Of a DNA stretch of 64,000 nt, positions 1-10,185 are shown in pieces; positions within the stretch are counted from its first letter, which is position 1; each line of letters opens with the position of its first letter. A program made the position numbers and the translations under genes. Under the pieces are notes generated by a model, which saw nothing but the letters and a program-made list of their open reading frames with translations, was not told the DNA's origin and ran no database searches. The stretch comes from an uncultured Candidatus Micrarchaeota archaeon. GTDB lineage: Archaea > Micrarchaeota > Micrarchaeia > Micrarchaeales > Micrarchaeaceae. Location of the stretch: contig CAVUGN010000001.1 of the NCBI GenBank assembly GCA_963741095.1, positions 79,747 through 143,746 of the forward strand, written 5' to 3'.

Positions 1-35
1 TAAACGTCTCCGTTCTCAGGTCCGACCTTGATGCA

Positions 36-332
36 GTGATGGCAAAGTCGCCGAATTGCAATAGGATGGATGTCATACGAAGCCTGATCGGTATCACCGG
101 AGACATAGTGAAGGCCGAGATCAATTCCAAGCAGGTGGTGTTCAGCAGCACGAGCATCGAGGAGTTTGCTCTTAAGGACAAACTGGATGCCACACTGCGG
201 ATAGATTACATGACCAGAAGGTACGGCAAGTCGGAAACGCGCGAAGCTCTTACTGAACTGATAAACGGCATGATAGCCGAGAATAGACCGGTCGCAATGC
301 GGAACGGCAACGAATTTGCACTGCGAAGGTAG
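36..332 (+). CDS. hypothetical protein, probably the C-terminal part of a gene starting before the window
   Basis: Open frame with codon usage like neighbouring genes; no recognisable motif. Confidence 0.4.
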   Translation: MMAKSPNCNRMDVIRSLIGITGDIVKAEINSKQVVFSSTSIEEFALKDKLDATLRIDYMTRRYGKSETREALTELINGMIAENRPVAMRNGNEFALRR

Positions 333-378
333 TCTGAAGAATTTAAAAACTTCCCTGTCATATATGGGTGGTGTCATT

Positions 379-1293
379 ATGTCCAAGAAGATTCCAACTC
401 AATACGTTTGGCTCGACAACAAGATGGTAAAGGCGGAGGATGCGAAGGTGCCGATAATGACCCATTCGCTGCAGTACGGCAGCGGCATCTTCGAGGGGAT
501 AAGGGCGTATGAGACCGACAACGGGGTCGCAGTCTTCAGGCTCAACGAGCACGTGCGCAGGTTCATGAACAGCATGAAGATACACGCGATGAACTGTGGG
601 TACACTGAAAGGCAGATCAAGGAGGCCATCCTTGACGTCATAAGGAAGGACGGGGTGGGCGCATGCTACATAAGGCCTTTCGCGTTCTACAACGATGACA
701 ATATAGGTTTGAGCACCTCGGGCAAAAAGGTCAGCGTCTTCGTGGCCGCAAGGCCCTTCGGAAAATACTTCGCAAAGCAGACAGGCATCAGGTGCAAAGT
801 ATCGTCATGGAACAGGATAAATTCTAGCATACTGCCGGTCGAGGCCAAGGCGAGCGGCAACTACATCAATTCGATAATCGCGAGCATGGAGGCGAAGAGG
901 ATGGGCTTCGACGAGGCGATACTTCTTTCGCAGAACGGTTATGTCGCAGAGGGGCCTGGAGAGAACATCTTCCTTGTAAGGGACAACGTTCTTCTGACTC
1001 CGGACAAGGGATCGGACATACTCCGTGGGATAACGCGCGACAGCCTGATAAAATTAGCTGAAAGCATGGGCATAGAGGTGCAGGAGAGGCAGGTGCACCG
1101 TGAGGAATTGTACACTGCTGACGAGCTGTTCTTCTCGGGTACGGCCGCAGAGCTGACCTCGATAACCGAGGTTGACGGCATAAAGGTAGGATCGGGTGTT
1201 GTCGGACCGATAACCAAGATGCTTGCACAGGCCTTCGATGACGTTGTTCATGGAAGAAACAAGGACTTCAGCGGCTGGCTGACTCAGGTATAA
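379..1293 (+). CDS. ilvE: branched-chain amino acid aminotransferase (class IV PLP)
   Basis: Motifs LQYGSGIFEGIRAY, AKASGNY (PLP lysine), EGPGENIF, ILRGITR, GTAAE; ATG at 379 after GGTGGTG. Confidence 0.95.
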   Translation: MSKKIPTQYVWLDNKMVKAEDAKVPIMTHSLQYGSGIFEGIRAYETDNGVAVFRLNEHVRRFMNSMKIHAMNCGYTERQIKEAILDVIRKDGVGACYIRPFAFYNDDNIGLSTSGKKVSVFVAARPFGKYFAKQTGIRCKVSSWNRINSSILPVEAKASGNYINSIIASMEAKRMGFDEAILLSQNGYVAEGPGENIFLVRDNVLLTPDKGSDILRGITRDSLIKLAESMGIEVQERQVHREELYTADELFFSGTAAELTSITEVDGIKVGSGVVGPITKMLAQAFDDVVHGRNKDFSGWLTQV

Positions 1294-1331
1294 ATTCTTA
1301 TTTTGGCAAATCATAATCGTAGGCGCATTGT

Positions 1332-2540
1332 ATGGCAAAGATAGGTTCAGCTAAGATAAGGAAGATAATCGATTCCCGAGGCAACGCGACAGTCGAAGTC
1401 GACATTTTTGTTGACGAAAAGTTCATGGGAAGAGCAGCCGCACCTGCGGGAGCGAGCAAGGGCGCGTTTGAGGTCAAGGACTACCCGAAAGAGGGGATAG
1501 ATTTCGGGATAAAGCAGTTCAAGTCCGTTGCGATACCGAAGATTGTCGGCAGCGACCCTCTCGACCAGAAAGGCTTCGACAGGTTGCTTCATGAGATCGA
1601 TGGCAGCGAGGATTTTGCGATTATGGGCGGCAATATAGCGATCGCCACGTCGCTGGCTGTTGCGAAGGCAGCAGCGAAATCGGAGGGCATGGAGCTGTAC
1701 AGGATGATGCTGAAGAAGGGGAAGGCAAAGATGCCTTATCCGGTCGGGAACATAATAGGCGGAGGGAAGCACGCGATAAACGGTACGACGATGCAGGAAT
1801 TCCTTTCGGTTGCATTCGGCAAGACTTATTCCGACTCTGCGTTCGCCAACATCGTCGTCCACAAAAGGACAGGGGAGCTGCTGAAGAAGCGCTTCGTTGA
1901 ATATCCGATAGGCCTCGGCGACGAGAAGGCGTGGGTGGCGGCACTTGGCGACATGGAAGCTGTGCAGATGCTCTCCGATGCGATAAGTTTTGCGAGCGAG
2001 AAGACAGGAATCACTATGGGTCCCGCAATAGACCTTGCCGCTTCGTCGTTCTTTTCTGACGGTATGTATGAGTACAAAGGCAGGAAGCTCACGACTCCGG
2101 AGCAGATTGATTTCATTTCGGGCATCGTCGAGAAGTTCTCGGTGAGGATACTTGAGGACCCGCTTGATGAGAATGATTTCGAGGGCTTCGCAGAACTGAC
2201 GAAGAGGGTCGGGAAGAGGACGATAATAGTCGGGGACGATCTCTTTGTCACGAACAAGAAGAGGCTCATGCAGGGGATAAGGATGGGCGCTGCGAACGGG
2301 GTGCTGATAAAGCCCAACCAGATCGGGACGCTCAGCGACATGATTGAGACCGTTGAGATGGCGAAGAAGAACAATTATCAGACGGTCATATCGCACAGGA
2401 GCGGAGAAACGGAAGATTCAACGATAGCGCACCTTGCCGTCGGCCTGGGCATCGGATACATAAAGACGGGCACGATAGGAGGTGAGCGAACCGCCAAGCA
2501 CAACGAGCTGATAAGAATAGAGGAAGCGGAGAGCGCCTGA
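1332..2540 (+). CDS. eno: enolase
   Basis: DSRGNATVEV, GGGKHA, VGDDLFVTN, IKPNQIGTL, SHRSGET, ERTAKHNEL. Confidence 0.97.
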   Translation: MAKIGSAKIRKIIDSRGNATVEVDIFVDEKFMGRAAAPAGASKGAFEVKDYPKEGIDFGIKQFKSVAIPKIVGSDPLDQKGFDRLLHEIDGSEDFAIMGGNIAIATSLAVAKAAAKSEGMELYRMMLKKGKAKMPYPVGNIIGGGKHAINGTTMQEFLSVAFGKTYSDSAFANIVVHKRTGELLKKRFVEYPIGLGDEKAWVAALGDMEAVQMLSDAISFASEKTGITMGPAIDLAASSFFSDGMYEYKGRKLTTPEQIDFISGIVEKFSVRILEDPLDENDFEGFAELTKRVGKRTIIVGDDLFVTNKKRLMQGIRMGAANGVLIKPNQIGTLSDMIETVEMAKKNNYQTVISHRSGETEDSTIAHLAVGLGIGYIKTGTIGGERTAKHNELIRIEEAESA

Positions 2541-2542
2541 GC

Positions 2543-3103
2543 TCACACGTCGTATTCGTACACTTTTGCAGGGACGTGCTCGAACGAGCACATCTCTTCT
2601 ATGCTCATCTTCTCGAAGTACCTTCTTATCGGCCTGAGCGAGTTCCCGTGCGCCGAGATGAAGACAACATCGTCCTTCTTCAGCGTTGGAAGCACATCCT
2701 TCAGGAAGGATAACACCCTCTTCTCGACGTCCTTTATGCTCTCTCCCCCTGGTGGCCTGACATCGTAGGACCGGTGCCACAGAGCGTACTCTTTCGGGTG
2801 TTCCTTCTCCGCCTTGACCTTGCTCGTACCGTTAAGGTCGCCATAGTTGCGCTCCTTTAGCCGCGGGTCTATCATTATCGGGATCTTGTCCTTCCTATCG
2901 CCGAGAACCAAGTATAAGGTGTGCTGCGCCCTCTTCAAATCGGAGGTGTAGGCCTTTGTGGGCACAACGTTCTTCAGTTTTTCGGCTATCTGCTTGCACT
3001 CCTTTATTCCGTCTTCCGTGAGGTCCGGATCCCTCCAGCCGCAGAATATCTTGTCGCGATTGTCGGTTGTCTGGCCGTGCCTGAATAGAAATATCTTTGC
3101 CAT
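2543..3103 (-). CDS. gpmA: 2,3-bisphosphoglycerate-dependent phosphoglycerate mutase (histidine phosphatase family)
   Basis: RHG motif, LKERNYGDL, PPGGES, AHGNSLR; convergent with eno. Confidence 0.88.
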   Translation of the reverse strand: MAKIFLFRHGQTTDNRDKIFCGWRDPDLTEDGIKECKQIAEKLKNVVPTKAYTSDLKRAQHTLYLVLGDRKDKIPIMIDPRLKERNYGDLNGTSKVKAEKEHPKEYALWHRSYDVRPPGGESIKDVEKRVLSFLKDVLPTLKKDDVVFISAHGNSLRPIRRYFEKMSIEEMCSFEHVPAKVYEYDV

Positions 3104-3126
3104 TCGATCGCCTTGGATATGGACGT

Positions 3127-3492
3127 TTAGAGCAGCTTCATTCCTCTGGTGAACTGGTTTATCTCAGAGCTTCTCCAGGGGCCGACACCCAGCGCGGTCT
3201 TCGTGCCCGGAGGCACCTCGGTAAGCCCCGCATCGGTCACGAGCGCCGCGGGTATCTTCTTGAACTTGAATGCGGCGTAGAACTTCTTGAGGGCTTCTTC
3301 GTCGCTCACCTTAAGCACAATCTTCTTCTCGCCCTCCTCGAGCCATTGCTTCACCAGATTCTTGTCCATCTTCTCGGCTTCGAAGTAGCTCATAAGCGAG
3401 GCGTGGGCGCCCTGGGCCACCAATTTTCCGCGGCTCATGTCGAGGTCGCTCCTGATTATTATTACCTGCTTTATCTCGTCTTCAATCTGCAT
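3127..3492 (-). CDS. pth2: peptidyl-tRNA hydrolase, Pth2 type
   Basis: KQVIIIRSDLDMSRGKLVAQGAHA, DAGLTEVPPGTKTALGVGP; start moved to the MQIEDE ATG. Confidence 0.95.
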   Translation of the reverse strand: MQIEDEIKQVIIIRSDLDMSRGKLVAQGAHASLMSYFEAEKMDKNLVKQWLEEGEKKIVLKVSDEEALKKFYAAFKFKKIPAALVTDAGLTEVPPGTKTALGVGPWRSSEINQFTRGMKLL

Positions 3493-3537
3493 AGAATAGC
3501 AATGGCAGCCATCCTTTTTATTCCTTGCCAAAGGTGG

Positions 3538-4179
3538 TCATACGGATTTCTGTTTCTGGCCCTGCATTGAGTTGGTGCCGGATTGCGCGAAATTGCGCGC
3601 GAGCGAGATCGCCTCGTTCCAGTCGTTCATGCGGTGCACCCTTGGATTCGCGGATATGAGCCTGCTGCCCATGCCGTTGTAGTTCTCCCGCACTATGCCC
3701 ACCTCGATGTTCTTGTACGATGCGGCTCTCTGGGCCACCGCGGGATCGTCTTCGAAGAGTAGCTTCCTTCCTCTGGACATTGCGTCGAGTACGCCGCCCT
3801 TGTCCTTTGGATTTCCTACGTAGATCGCCTCCACCATGATGCCCTGCTGGGCAACTTCATGCTCGAACGCACCTAGGTCTATCCTTGAATTTGAGGTCAG
3901 CAGCACAAGTTTCGCATTGAAGCCCTTCGCCACATTGAATATCTCGAGCGCCTCGATTCTAGGGGCCATTTCGGTGTGGAGATGACCCAATACGAAGCGC
4001 GAGAAGGCTTTGGTTTTGAGGATCTGGTATTCCAATTCCTTGACCACATCGAAGGACATTACCCGCATTGGAAGGTTTGCTTTTCCTTCCGAACGGAGGA
4101 GCGCTCTCAGCCCGATTTTTACGTCGTCGACGAAAACGCCGTCGTAATCCTCGGCTACGATGATATTTTCTGAAATCAT
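3538..4179 (-). CDS. HAD-superfamily-like hypothetical protein
   Basis: N-terminal DYDGVFVD (DxDG) and LFEDD resemble HAD motifs I and IV. Confidence 0.55.
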   Translation of the reverse strand: MISENIIVAEDYDGVFVDDVKIGLRALLRSEGKANLPMRVMSFDVVKELEYQILKTKAFSRFVLGHLHTEMAPRIEALEIFNVAKGFNAKLVLLTSNSRIDLGAFEHEVAQQGIMVEAIYVGNPKDKGGVLDAMSRGRKLLFEDDPAVAQRAASYKNIEVGIVRENYNGMGSRLISANPRVHRMNDWNEAISLARNFAQSGTNSMQGQKQKSV

Positions 4180-4322
4180 GCATCCATCCGGTGTAGAATT
4201 GAATCGACCGTTCTGTATTTAAATGACGGTATGGGGTTAGTCATGTGACGAACATGGAAAGAGTGCTCGGTGAATGAAAGCAATATATTAAAGAAGTGCG
4301 TAATTTATCTGTAGGTGCTCTC

Positions 4323-5471
4323 GTGCTCGACATCAAATCCCTTGGGGTGGTAAGAAGCCTGCTGAAGGGCTACTACGAGAGAGCATCGGGCCTGGCGCCA
4401 GTGAGCGTGGAGAAGAGGGAGTTCGGCTTCGGCGACTACGAGAGGAAGATAGCCTACCGCCATTACGCGTTCAAGAGCGAAAAAGACTTGAAGGATTACC
4501 TTATCAGGAATGTCCCGCCGTTCGTCTCATATTCGTCGGCGATCTACGAGAAGCCGGACGGGCGTCCGATGGAAAACAAGAAGCTCATCGGCTCGGACCT
4601 CGTCTTCGACCTTGACGCCAACGATCTTGGGCTTGCGTGCAGGAACGAGCACGGCAACTCCTGGGTGTGCGACAAGTGCCTCGACGGCATAAAGGACGAG
4701 ACCATAGCGCTGATCGAGAACTTCCTGATTCCTGACTTCGGCTTTTCGCTCAACAACATAAGCATAAACTTCAGCGGCAACCGCGGCTACCATGTCCACG
4801 TCGTGAACGACAAGGTCTTCAACCTCGATTCGAACGCCAGGACGCAGATATCGGATTACATAACAGGCAAGGGCATAGACCTCAACGCCTTCTTCCCTGC
4901 GCTCGGCAAGAGGGGTGTGAGGCTTGACGGCCCGAAACCGACAGACCTTGGCTGGGGGGGCAAGTTCGCCAACGGGATAATAAGCGCGCTGAACAACGGC
5001 AAGAGCAGCCTGCTTGAACTGGGCATCGACCAGAAGTCGGCCAACATACTGGTGAGGAAGAGCCCGGAGATAATATTCGGGATAACGACGGGCAACTGGG
5101 ACAAGGTGAGCATACCCAAGAAGGCGGAATTCTGGAGCAACGTGCTGAAGAGCATCGCGATAAAACAGAGCGAATCGATAGACAGGGGAGTCGTGAACGA
5201 CGTTTACCACCTGATAAGGCTTCCGGGCACCATACATGGGGATACCGGATTGGCTGCGATGAAGGTCGAATCGCTGAAGGCGCTAGAAGGCTTCGACCCG
5301 ATGACAAAAGCGATAGCGTTCAAGGAAGGGACAGTGAAGGTGAAGACGCTCAAGGTGCCGAAGTTCGAGATGAACGGCGCAGAGTACGGGCCGTTCGATG
5401 GCAACGAGGTGGAACTGCCCATTTATGCCGGAGTCTACATCGTACTGAAAAGGCTTGGATCTGTGGTGTAG
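4323..5471 (+). CDS. priS: DNA primase catalytic subunit
   Basis: REFGF, DLVFDLDA, C-x-H...C-x2-C zinc site, FSGNRGYHV, LIRLPGTIHG; probable GTG start at 4323. Confidence 0.95.
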   Translation: MLDIKSLGVVRSLLKGYYERASGLAPVSVEKREFGFGDYERKIAYRHYAFKSEKDLKDYLIRNVPPFVSYSSAIYEKPDGRPMENKKLIGSDLVFDLDANDLGLACRNEHGNSWVCDKCLDGIKDETIALIENFLIPDFGFSLNNISINFSGNRGYHVHVVNDKVFNLDSNARTQISDYITGKGIDLNAFFPALGKRGVRLDGPKPTDLGWGGKFANGIISALNNGKSSLLELGIDQKSANILVRKSPEIIFGITTGNWDKVSIPKKAEFWSNVLKSIAIKQSESIDRGVVNDVYHLIRLPGTIHGDTGLAAMKVESLKALEGFDPMTKAIAFKEGTVKVKTLKVPKFEMNGAEYGPFDGNEVELPIYAGVYIVLKRLGSVV

Positions 5472-5489
5472 AATGCCTGTTTGCACGAA

Positions 5490-5984
5490 CTACAGGATGT
5501 TCCCTCTTAGAGCTGGGATGTACCCGTGTTTCTTTGACTCTGAGGCGTCCTTGGGCTCAGCCTCAGTTCGCATCGGGATTGTGAAGACCCTTGCGGCAAC
5601 CTCGCAGCCGAACGTCCTGACTATCTCCTCGACCATGTCGTCGACAGCCTTTTGAAGGACGACGTGCTCGGCGGAATTTTTGCCGTACTTGAGGGCCATG
5701 CTTGCGTCCACTGCGATGTATTCAAATTTGTCCGGCTGATGGTATCCATAGAATTCGAGCATGACATCGTACCTGTTCTTGGCGTTCAGGCCCTTTGAGG
5801 CTATCTTGCTGACGTATATCTCGATATCATTGAGGCACACCTTGGTCTTGTCGTAGGCTTTTTCGTCCGAAGCCGCTGGCAGTTTTATCACGGCCTTTTC
5901 GCTCAGGATATTGTTCGAGGTTACGCATGAGCGCGTCACTTCCAGTGAAGCCTTTGCCGTATTGTTGATTGTTGCTTGGGTCAT
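5490..5984 (-). CDS. hypothetical protein, paralog of 6068-6514
   Basis: Aligns by eye with its neighbour (ATINN.A.A.LEV.RS, EKA.I.LP, GL.AK..Y, L.K.VD...EEI). Confidence 0.7.
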   Translation of the reverse strand: MTQATINNTAKASLEVTRSCVTSNNILSEKAVIKLPAASDEKAYDKTKVCLNDIEIYVSKIASKGLNAKNRYDVMLEFYGYHQPDKFEYIAVDASMALKYGKNSAEHVVLQKAVDDMVEEIVRTFGCEVAARVFTIPMRTEAEPKDASESKKHGYIPALRGNIL

Positions 5985-6557
5985 TCAATCGCGAATTCCA
6001 TCTGATTTATTAGATAGTTATACCTTCTGATTGCCTTCGACTCTCGTCGTTTTCCGGGCATTTTGGGTTACCATCCGCCCTCGCTGTAGCGGAGCAGATA
6101 CCCATAATCCGATGGGTGAAAGGCATCTCTGTGCTTGACGACTATCTTGCGGATCTCTTCCGCAATCTCATCGACAACTTTTACCAATTGAGGTCGCTTG
6201 GCCTCGTTCTTTTCGTCCTTGTTCAGGTAAAATGCGATTAGTTCAAACTCGATCAGCTTGTATTCGGCTTTCGAGGGGTCTTTTGAGACATTGGTGGAGC
6301 GCCATATTGGCACAATGCCATAGCTGTCCTTTGCATCTAATCCTATGTACGCTGCTTTTTTGGCGTATGCCATGATCCTGTTGCATCCCGTTTCATCAAA
6401 ATAAGAGGGCAGGGTTATCGTGGCTTTTTCGCCAACCAGGGTTGGCGTGGTGTCTGGCGAACGGATCACTTCCACGGCTATTCTTGCGTTTGAGTTAATT
6501 GTTGCTACTGCCATTCAATCGCGATTTCATGAGATTTATCAGATATTTATGCGTTCT
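5982..6557. repeat. duplicated upstream regions of the two paralogs (5982-6028 and 6512-6557)
   Basis: CATTCAATCGCGA..TC...GATTTAT.AGATA.TTAT is shared directly upstream of both starts. Confidence 0.75.
6068..6514 (-). CDS. hypothetical protein, paralog of 5490-5984
   Basis: Tandem paralog with shared N-terminus and upstream sequence. Confidence 0.7.
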   Translation of the reverse strand: MAVATINSNARIAVEVIRSPDTTPTLVGEKATITLPSYFDETGCNRIMAYAKKAAYIGLDAKDSYGIVPIWRSTNVSKDPSKAEYKLIEFELIAFYLNKDEKNEAKRPQLVKVVDEIAEEIRKIVVKHRDAFHPSDYGYLLRYSEGGW

Positions 6558-6644
6558 CTTGGATTTTTTCACAGGTTAGTGCCGTTAAAACCATCGCATA
6601 GAGAAGGTTTTTATCTGTTCCCGCAGCTATTAATACTGGTATAG

Positions 6645-7865
6645 ATGGCAGAGAGAATTCTTGTCCTGGCAGTAGACTCGGACAACGATTTGTACAGGAA
6701 GACCAGGATCACTGGCCCGGTCACCGGCAGGGCCGACAACCTGATGGCAGCCGGCAAGCTGGCGCTCGCAGATCCGCAGGACACCGACGCTAACGCGATG
6801 TTCGAAGCGGTGAGGAAGTACGACGAGCTGAAGAAGGATGGTTACTCGGTCTCGATAGCCACGATAACCGGAGCCGAGAAGGAGGGCTATGTGGCAGATG
6901 CGGAGCTTGCAAGGCAGATAGAGCTCATGGTGGAGAGGTTCAAGAGCGACGCCTGCGTGCTCGTGACTGACGGCAAGAGCGATGCGCGGGTCCTGCCGTT
7001 GCTGCAGACGAGGCTGAAGGTCAACAGCGTGGACATGGTCAGGATGAAGCAGGCAGAGACGCTTGAGAACACTTATTTCACGATTTTCGAAAAGTTGAAG
7101 GAGCCGCACTACGCAAGGATATTCTTCGGGATACCCGCGGTGCTCTTGATACTGTTCGCGGCCAGCTACTACTTCGGCCTGGGCTGGCAGCTTCCTGTCG
7201 CGTTGATAGGAGTGTATCTGATAATAAAGGGCTTCGGCATCGAGGATTCGCTCTTCGGCTCGTTCAAGGGCCTGGGCTTCAGCATGGACCGGCTGAGCTT
7301 TATATTCTACATAAGCGCCATCCTTCTGTTCGTGATAAGCCTCATAGTCAGCTATGGCAGCTACGTCAGCGCGTTGTCCGTCACGCATGACCAGCTGACA
7401 CTGGCAGCCTATGCGATAGAGGGCTTCCTCATACTGATACCGTTCTGCCTTGCGCTTTACCTCATAGGCAGGGTAATGGACCTTGAGAACAAGAGAATGA
7501 GGTACATGGCAATCGCCCGCGGCACCTATGTTGGATACATGGTCATGGTCGTGGCGCTGCTGTACCTGTCGGCCGCCTGGCTGATCGGGCAGATATACTT
7601 CTGGCAGCTGCTGGCCTACGGCGCGATTGTCCTGGTGTTCGGCTACTGCATATCGATATTCACATCGTTCCTCAGGAAGAGGGTCATAAGCAGGGCGAAG
7701 GTCAAGGACAAGAAGGTCATAAACGACACCGGAGCCTACGTGGGCAAGGTCACCAAAGTCGACCCGACGCTCGGGTTCATATTCGTCAAGACGGATTACG
7801 GCAACGTGATAAGGTACGACATAGACCGGATAACCAACGTCTCGGACAGGGTTATAATAAAGTGA
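6645..7865 (+). CDS. DUF373-family membrane protein with C-terminal PRC-barrel-like domain
   Basis: LVLAVDSDNDL, LADPQDTDANAMF, VTDGKSD, multiple TM segments, C-terminal DKKVINDTGAYVGKV. Confidence 0.8.
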   Translation: MAERILVLAVDSDNDLYRKTRITGPVTGRADNLMAAGKLALADPQDTDANAMFEAVRKYDELKKDGYSVSIATITGAEKEGYVADAELARQIELMVERFKSDACVLVTDGKSDARVLPLLQTRLKVNSVDMVRMKQAETLENTYFTIFEKLKEPHYARIFFGIPAVLLILFAASYYFGLGWQLPVALIGVYLIIKGFGIEDSLFGSFKGLGFSMDRLSFIFYISAILLFVISLIVSYGSYVSALSVTHDQLTLAAYAIEGFLILIPFCLALYLIGRVMDLENKRMRYMAIARGTYVGYMVMVVALLYLSAAWLIGQIYFWQLLAYGAIVLVFGYCISIFTSFLRKRVISRAKVKDKKVINDTGAYVGKVTKVDPTLGFIFVKTDYGNVIRYDIDRITNVSDRVIIK

Positions 7866-7987
7866 TGGCACTAATCCATGAATGCATTGGATAGGCGGAA
7901 GGCGCGTTTTCCTTCGGAATGTGTGCCCCGATGCGGTGCTGCTGTGCGGTTGTCGCGTATTTGCACCAAAAAGAAAGGTTTAAATTT

Positions 7988-8290
7988 ATGCGAGGATATA
8001 ATAATAAAAACATAGTTCTGCATGAACTCGTCGGCCTGGACGCGAAAGTGACGGGCAGCCACGACAGAACGCAGATAGGAACTAAAGGAAAGGTAATAAG
8101 AGAGACGAAGAATCTTTTATTTCTTGACGACAAAGGCACAATAAAGAGGGTTGTGAAGAAAGTATCAACTTTCAAGTTCAGCGAAGGAAAGAACAGTTAT
8201 GTCGTCAATGGCGAAGAGATAAACTTCAGATCTTTTGAGCGCATCGAAAAGGCGTTCAAATTTTACAGAAGGAGAAAATTGATCCAATAG
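7988..8290 (+). CDS. rnp1: ribonuclease P protein subunit Rpp29
   Basis: HELVGLDAKV, GKVIRETKN; conserved position before rps17. Confidence 0.9.
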   Translation: MRGYNNKNIVLHELVGLDAKVTGSHDRTQIGTKGKVIRETKNLLFLDDKGTIKRVVKKVSTFKFSEGKNSYVVNGEEINFRSFERIEKAFKFYRRRKLIQ

Positions 8291-8297
8291 TGAAGTC

Positions 8298-8594
8298 ATG
8301 GAATGCAAAGACCCAAAATGCCCGGTGCATGGAAACCTGAAGACCCACAGGAACGAGATAACTGGAACGGTAGTCAGCGACAAGTCCAAGAAGACCGTGA
8401 TAGTCGAGCACCCTTACACGATATTCCTTCACAAGTACGAGCGTTCATTGAGGAGGCATTCGAGGATAGCCGCTTACAATCCTGACTGCATGGCAGCGAA
8501 GGTCGGCGATTCAGTGATAATATCAGGCACCAGGAGGCTCAGCAAGACCAAGTCCTTCGTGGTGACTAAGGTTCTAGAGAGGCGCAGCGCATGA
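8298..8594 (+). CDS. rps17: 30S ribosomal protein uS17
   Basis: CKDPKCPVHGNL, GTVVSDK, RRLSKTKSFVV. Confidence 0.96.
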   Translation: MECKDPKCPVHGNLKTHRNEITGTVVSDKSKKTVIVEHPYTIFLHKYERSLRRHSRIAAYNPDCMAAKVGDSVIISGTRRLSKTKSFVVTKVLERRSA

Positions 8595-8992
8595 AGGGCT
8601 TATCAACAAAAATATCGAAGGGCCTTATTCCGGGCTCCGTGCTCACCTGCGCGGACAACAGCGGAGCGAAGACATTGATGATCATAGGCAAGATGGGGAG
8701 AAGCACCGGAAGGAAGGGAAGGTACCCGAAGACCGGAGTGGGCGACCTCGTGATGGCGAGCGTCAAGTCCGGAACCCCGCAGTACAGGAAGAAGAAGGTC
8801 CGGGTCGTGATAATAAGGCAGAGGCAGCCGATGAGGAGACCGAACGGCATGCGCATCAGGTTCGAGGACAACGCGGGCATACTTGTGACCGATTCTAACC
8901 TCGCCGTGGGCACCGAAGTCAAGGGAGCCATGGCAAGAGAGGTCATCGAAAGGTACATAAAGCTGGCCGGCATAGCAGAGAGGGTTGTTTAA
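8591..8992 (+). CDS. rpl14: 50S ribosomal protein uL14
   Basis: CADNSGAK, RRPNGMRIRFEDNAG. Confidence 0.97.
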   Translation: MKGLSTKISKGLIPGSVLTCADNSGAKTLMIIGKMGRSTGRKGRYPKTGVGDLVMASVKSGTPQYRKKKVRVVIIRQRQPMRRPNGMRIRFEDNAGILVTDSNLAVGTEVKGAMAREVIERYIKLAGIAERVV

Positions 8993-8994
8993 TT

Positions 8995-9489
8995 ATGGAG
9001 AGCAGCAAGCCGAGAAAACAGAGATACTTCAGGTTCAATGCAGCGATGCACCTGAGGCAGCACTTCGTCCACGCCCATGTGGACAAGGAGCTGCGCACGA
9101 GGCTCGGATTGAAGAAGAGGGCCGTGCAGATATCGAAGGGAGACACGGTCAAGATAATGAGCGGCAGCAAGAGGGGCACGACCGGAAAGGTCTCAAGGGT
9201 CAATCTCAGAACGGGCAGGATATATTTGGATTCGCTCATGAAGAAGAACGCGAAGGGCAAGGAGTTCGGCATCGGGATAAGCGCCAACAACGTCTACATA
9301 ACCGCGCTTAACTTGAATGACAAGATCAGGGCCGCGAAGCTCAACCTCAAGCAACAGATGGAGGCGAAACCGATAAAGGGAGTCCCGATCGAGGCTGCGG
9401 AGTTCCATCCGGCAGCGACCGAAGCGGCAAAGGCGCCGCACGTTCATGCAGAGAAGAAAGTAGAAAGCAGTGTTGTTCAAAAGAGTTGA
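8995..9489 (+). CDS. rpl24: 50S ribosomal protein uL24
   Basis: SSKPRKQR, KOW motif KGDTVKIMSG; low-complexity C-terminal tail. Confidence 0.95.
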   Translation: MESSKPRKQRYFRFNAAMHLRQHFVHAHVDKELRTRLGLKKRAVQISKGDTVKIMSGSKRGTTGKVSRVNLRTGRIYLDSLMKKNAKGKEFGIGISANNVYITALNLNDKIRAAKLNLKQQMEAKPIKGVPIEAAEFHPAATEAAKAPHVHAEKKVESSVVQKS

Positions 9490-9495
9490 TGATTT

Positions 9496-10185
9496 ATGGG
9501 AAAGAAAGGAAACGTTAGACACTTCAAAAGCCTCAGTGCGCCGATGTTCCTGGGCATACGCAGGAAGGGCAGCGTTTACGTGACGAAGCCGAACGGGGGG
9601 AGGCACACGCTCGACAAATCGATATCGCTCGTGATGCTGGTCAAGAGGCTGGACATCGCGCCCGCAAACAACACCGAGACTGAGCGCATCATACGAAGAG
9701 GACTTATACTCGTCAACAACAAGGTGATAAGGGAGCCGAGCTACCCGGTCGGACTGAACGACATAATCGAGGTCGCCAACGAGAAGAAGTACTACAGGAT
9801 AGCGGTGAACGACCGGGCAAGGATAGAGATAGTCGGGATACAGAAGCCGGACTACGACTCGATGCTCTACAAGGTCACGGGCAAGTACAAGGCGAAGAAG
9901 GAATCCATAATGCTTAGGCTGCATGACGGCAGCATCGTAAAGGGCATCAAGGGAGTCGATGTGAACGACTCCGTGATAGTCAACTCGAAGGGAGAGGTGG
10001 CGAAGGTGCTCAAGCTCGAGAAGGGCGCGAAGTGCATAGTCATCGACGGGGTCCACGCGGGGACTTCGGGCAAGATAACAAACATAACCGAGGGGAGCCT
10101 GCACATAAGGCACTCTGCGACGATACAGCAGAAGGACGGAAAAGAGATAATCACGATAGTAAAGAACATGATGGTAATGGAGTGA
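9496..10185 (+). CDS. rps4e: 30S ribosomal protein eS4
   Basis: HFKSLSAP, YPVGLNDII, LRLHDG, DGVHAG. Confidence 0.95.
   Translation: MGKKGNVRHFKSLSAPMFLGIRRKGSVYVTKPNGGRHTLDKSISLVMLVKRLDIAPANNTETERIIRRGLILVNNKVIREPSYPVGLNDIIEVANEKKYYRIAVNDRARIEIVGIQKPDYDSMLYKVTGKYKAKKESIMLRLHDGSIVKGIKGVDVNDSVIVNSKGEVAKVLKLEKGAKCIVIDGVHAGTSGKITNITEGSLHIRHSATIQQKDGKEIITIVKNMMVME

Noticed and set aside
1347-2396. Long antisense ORFs (also 6630-7871, 33783-34841, 56641-57597 and others)
   Set aside because: Shadows of well-supported genes on the opposite strand, with no motifs of their own
7862-7985. Possible C/D-box sRNA or hairpin between the DUF373 gene and rnp1
   Set aside because: Only a partial box C (GTGATGG), no CTGA box D, and weak pairing
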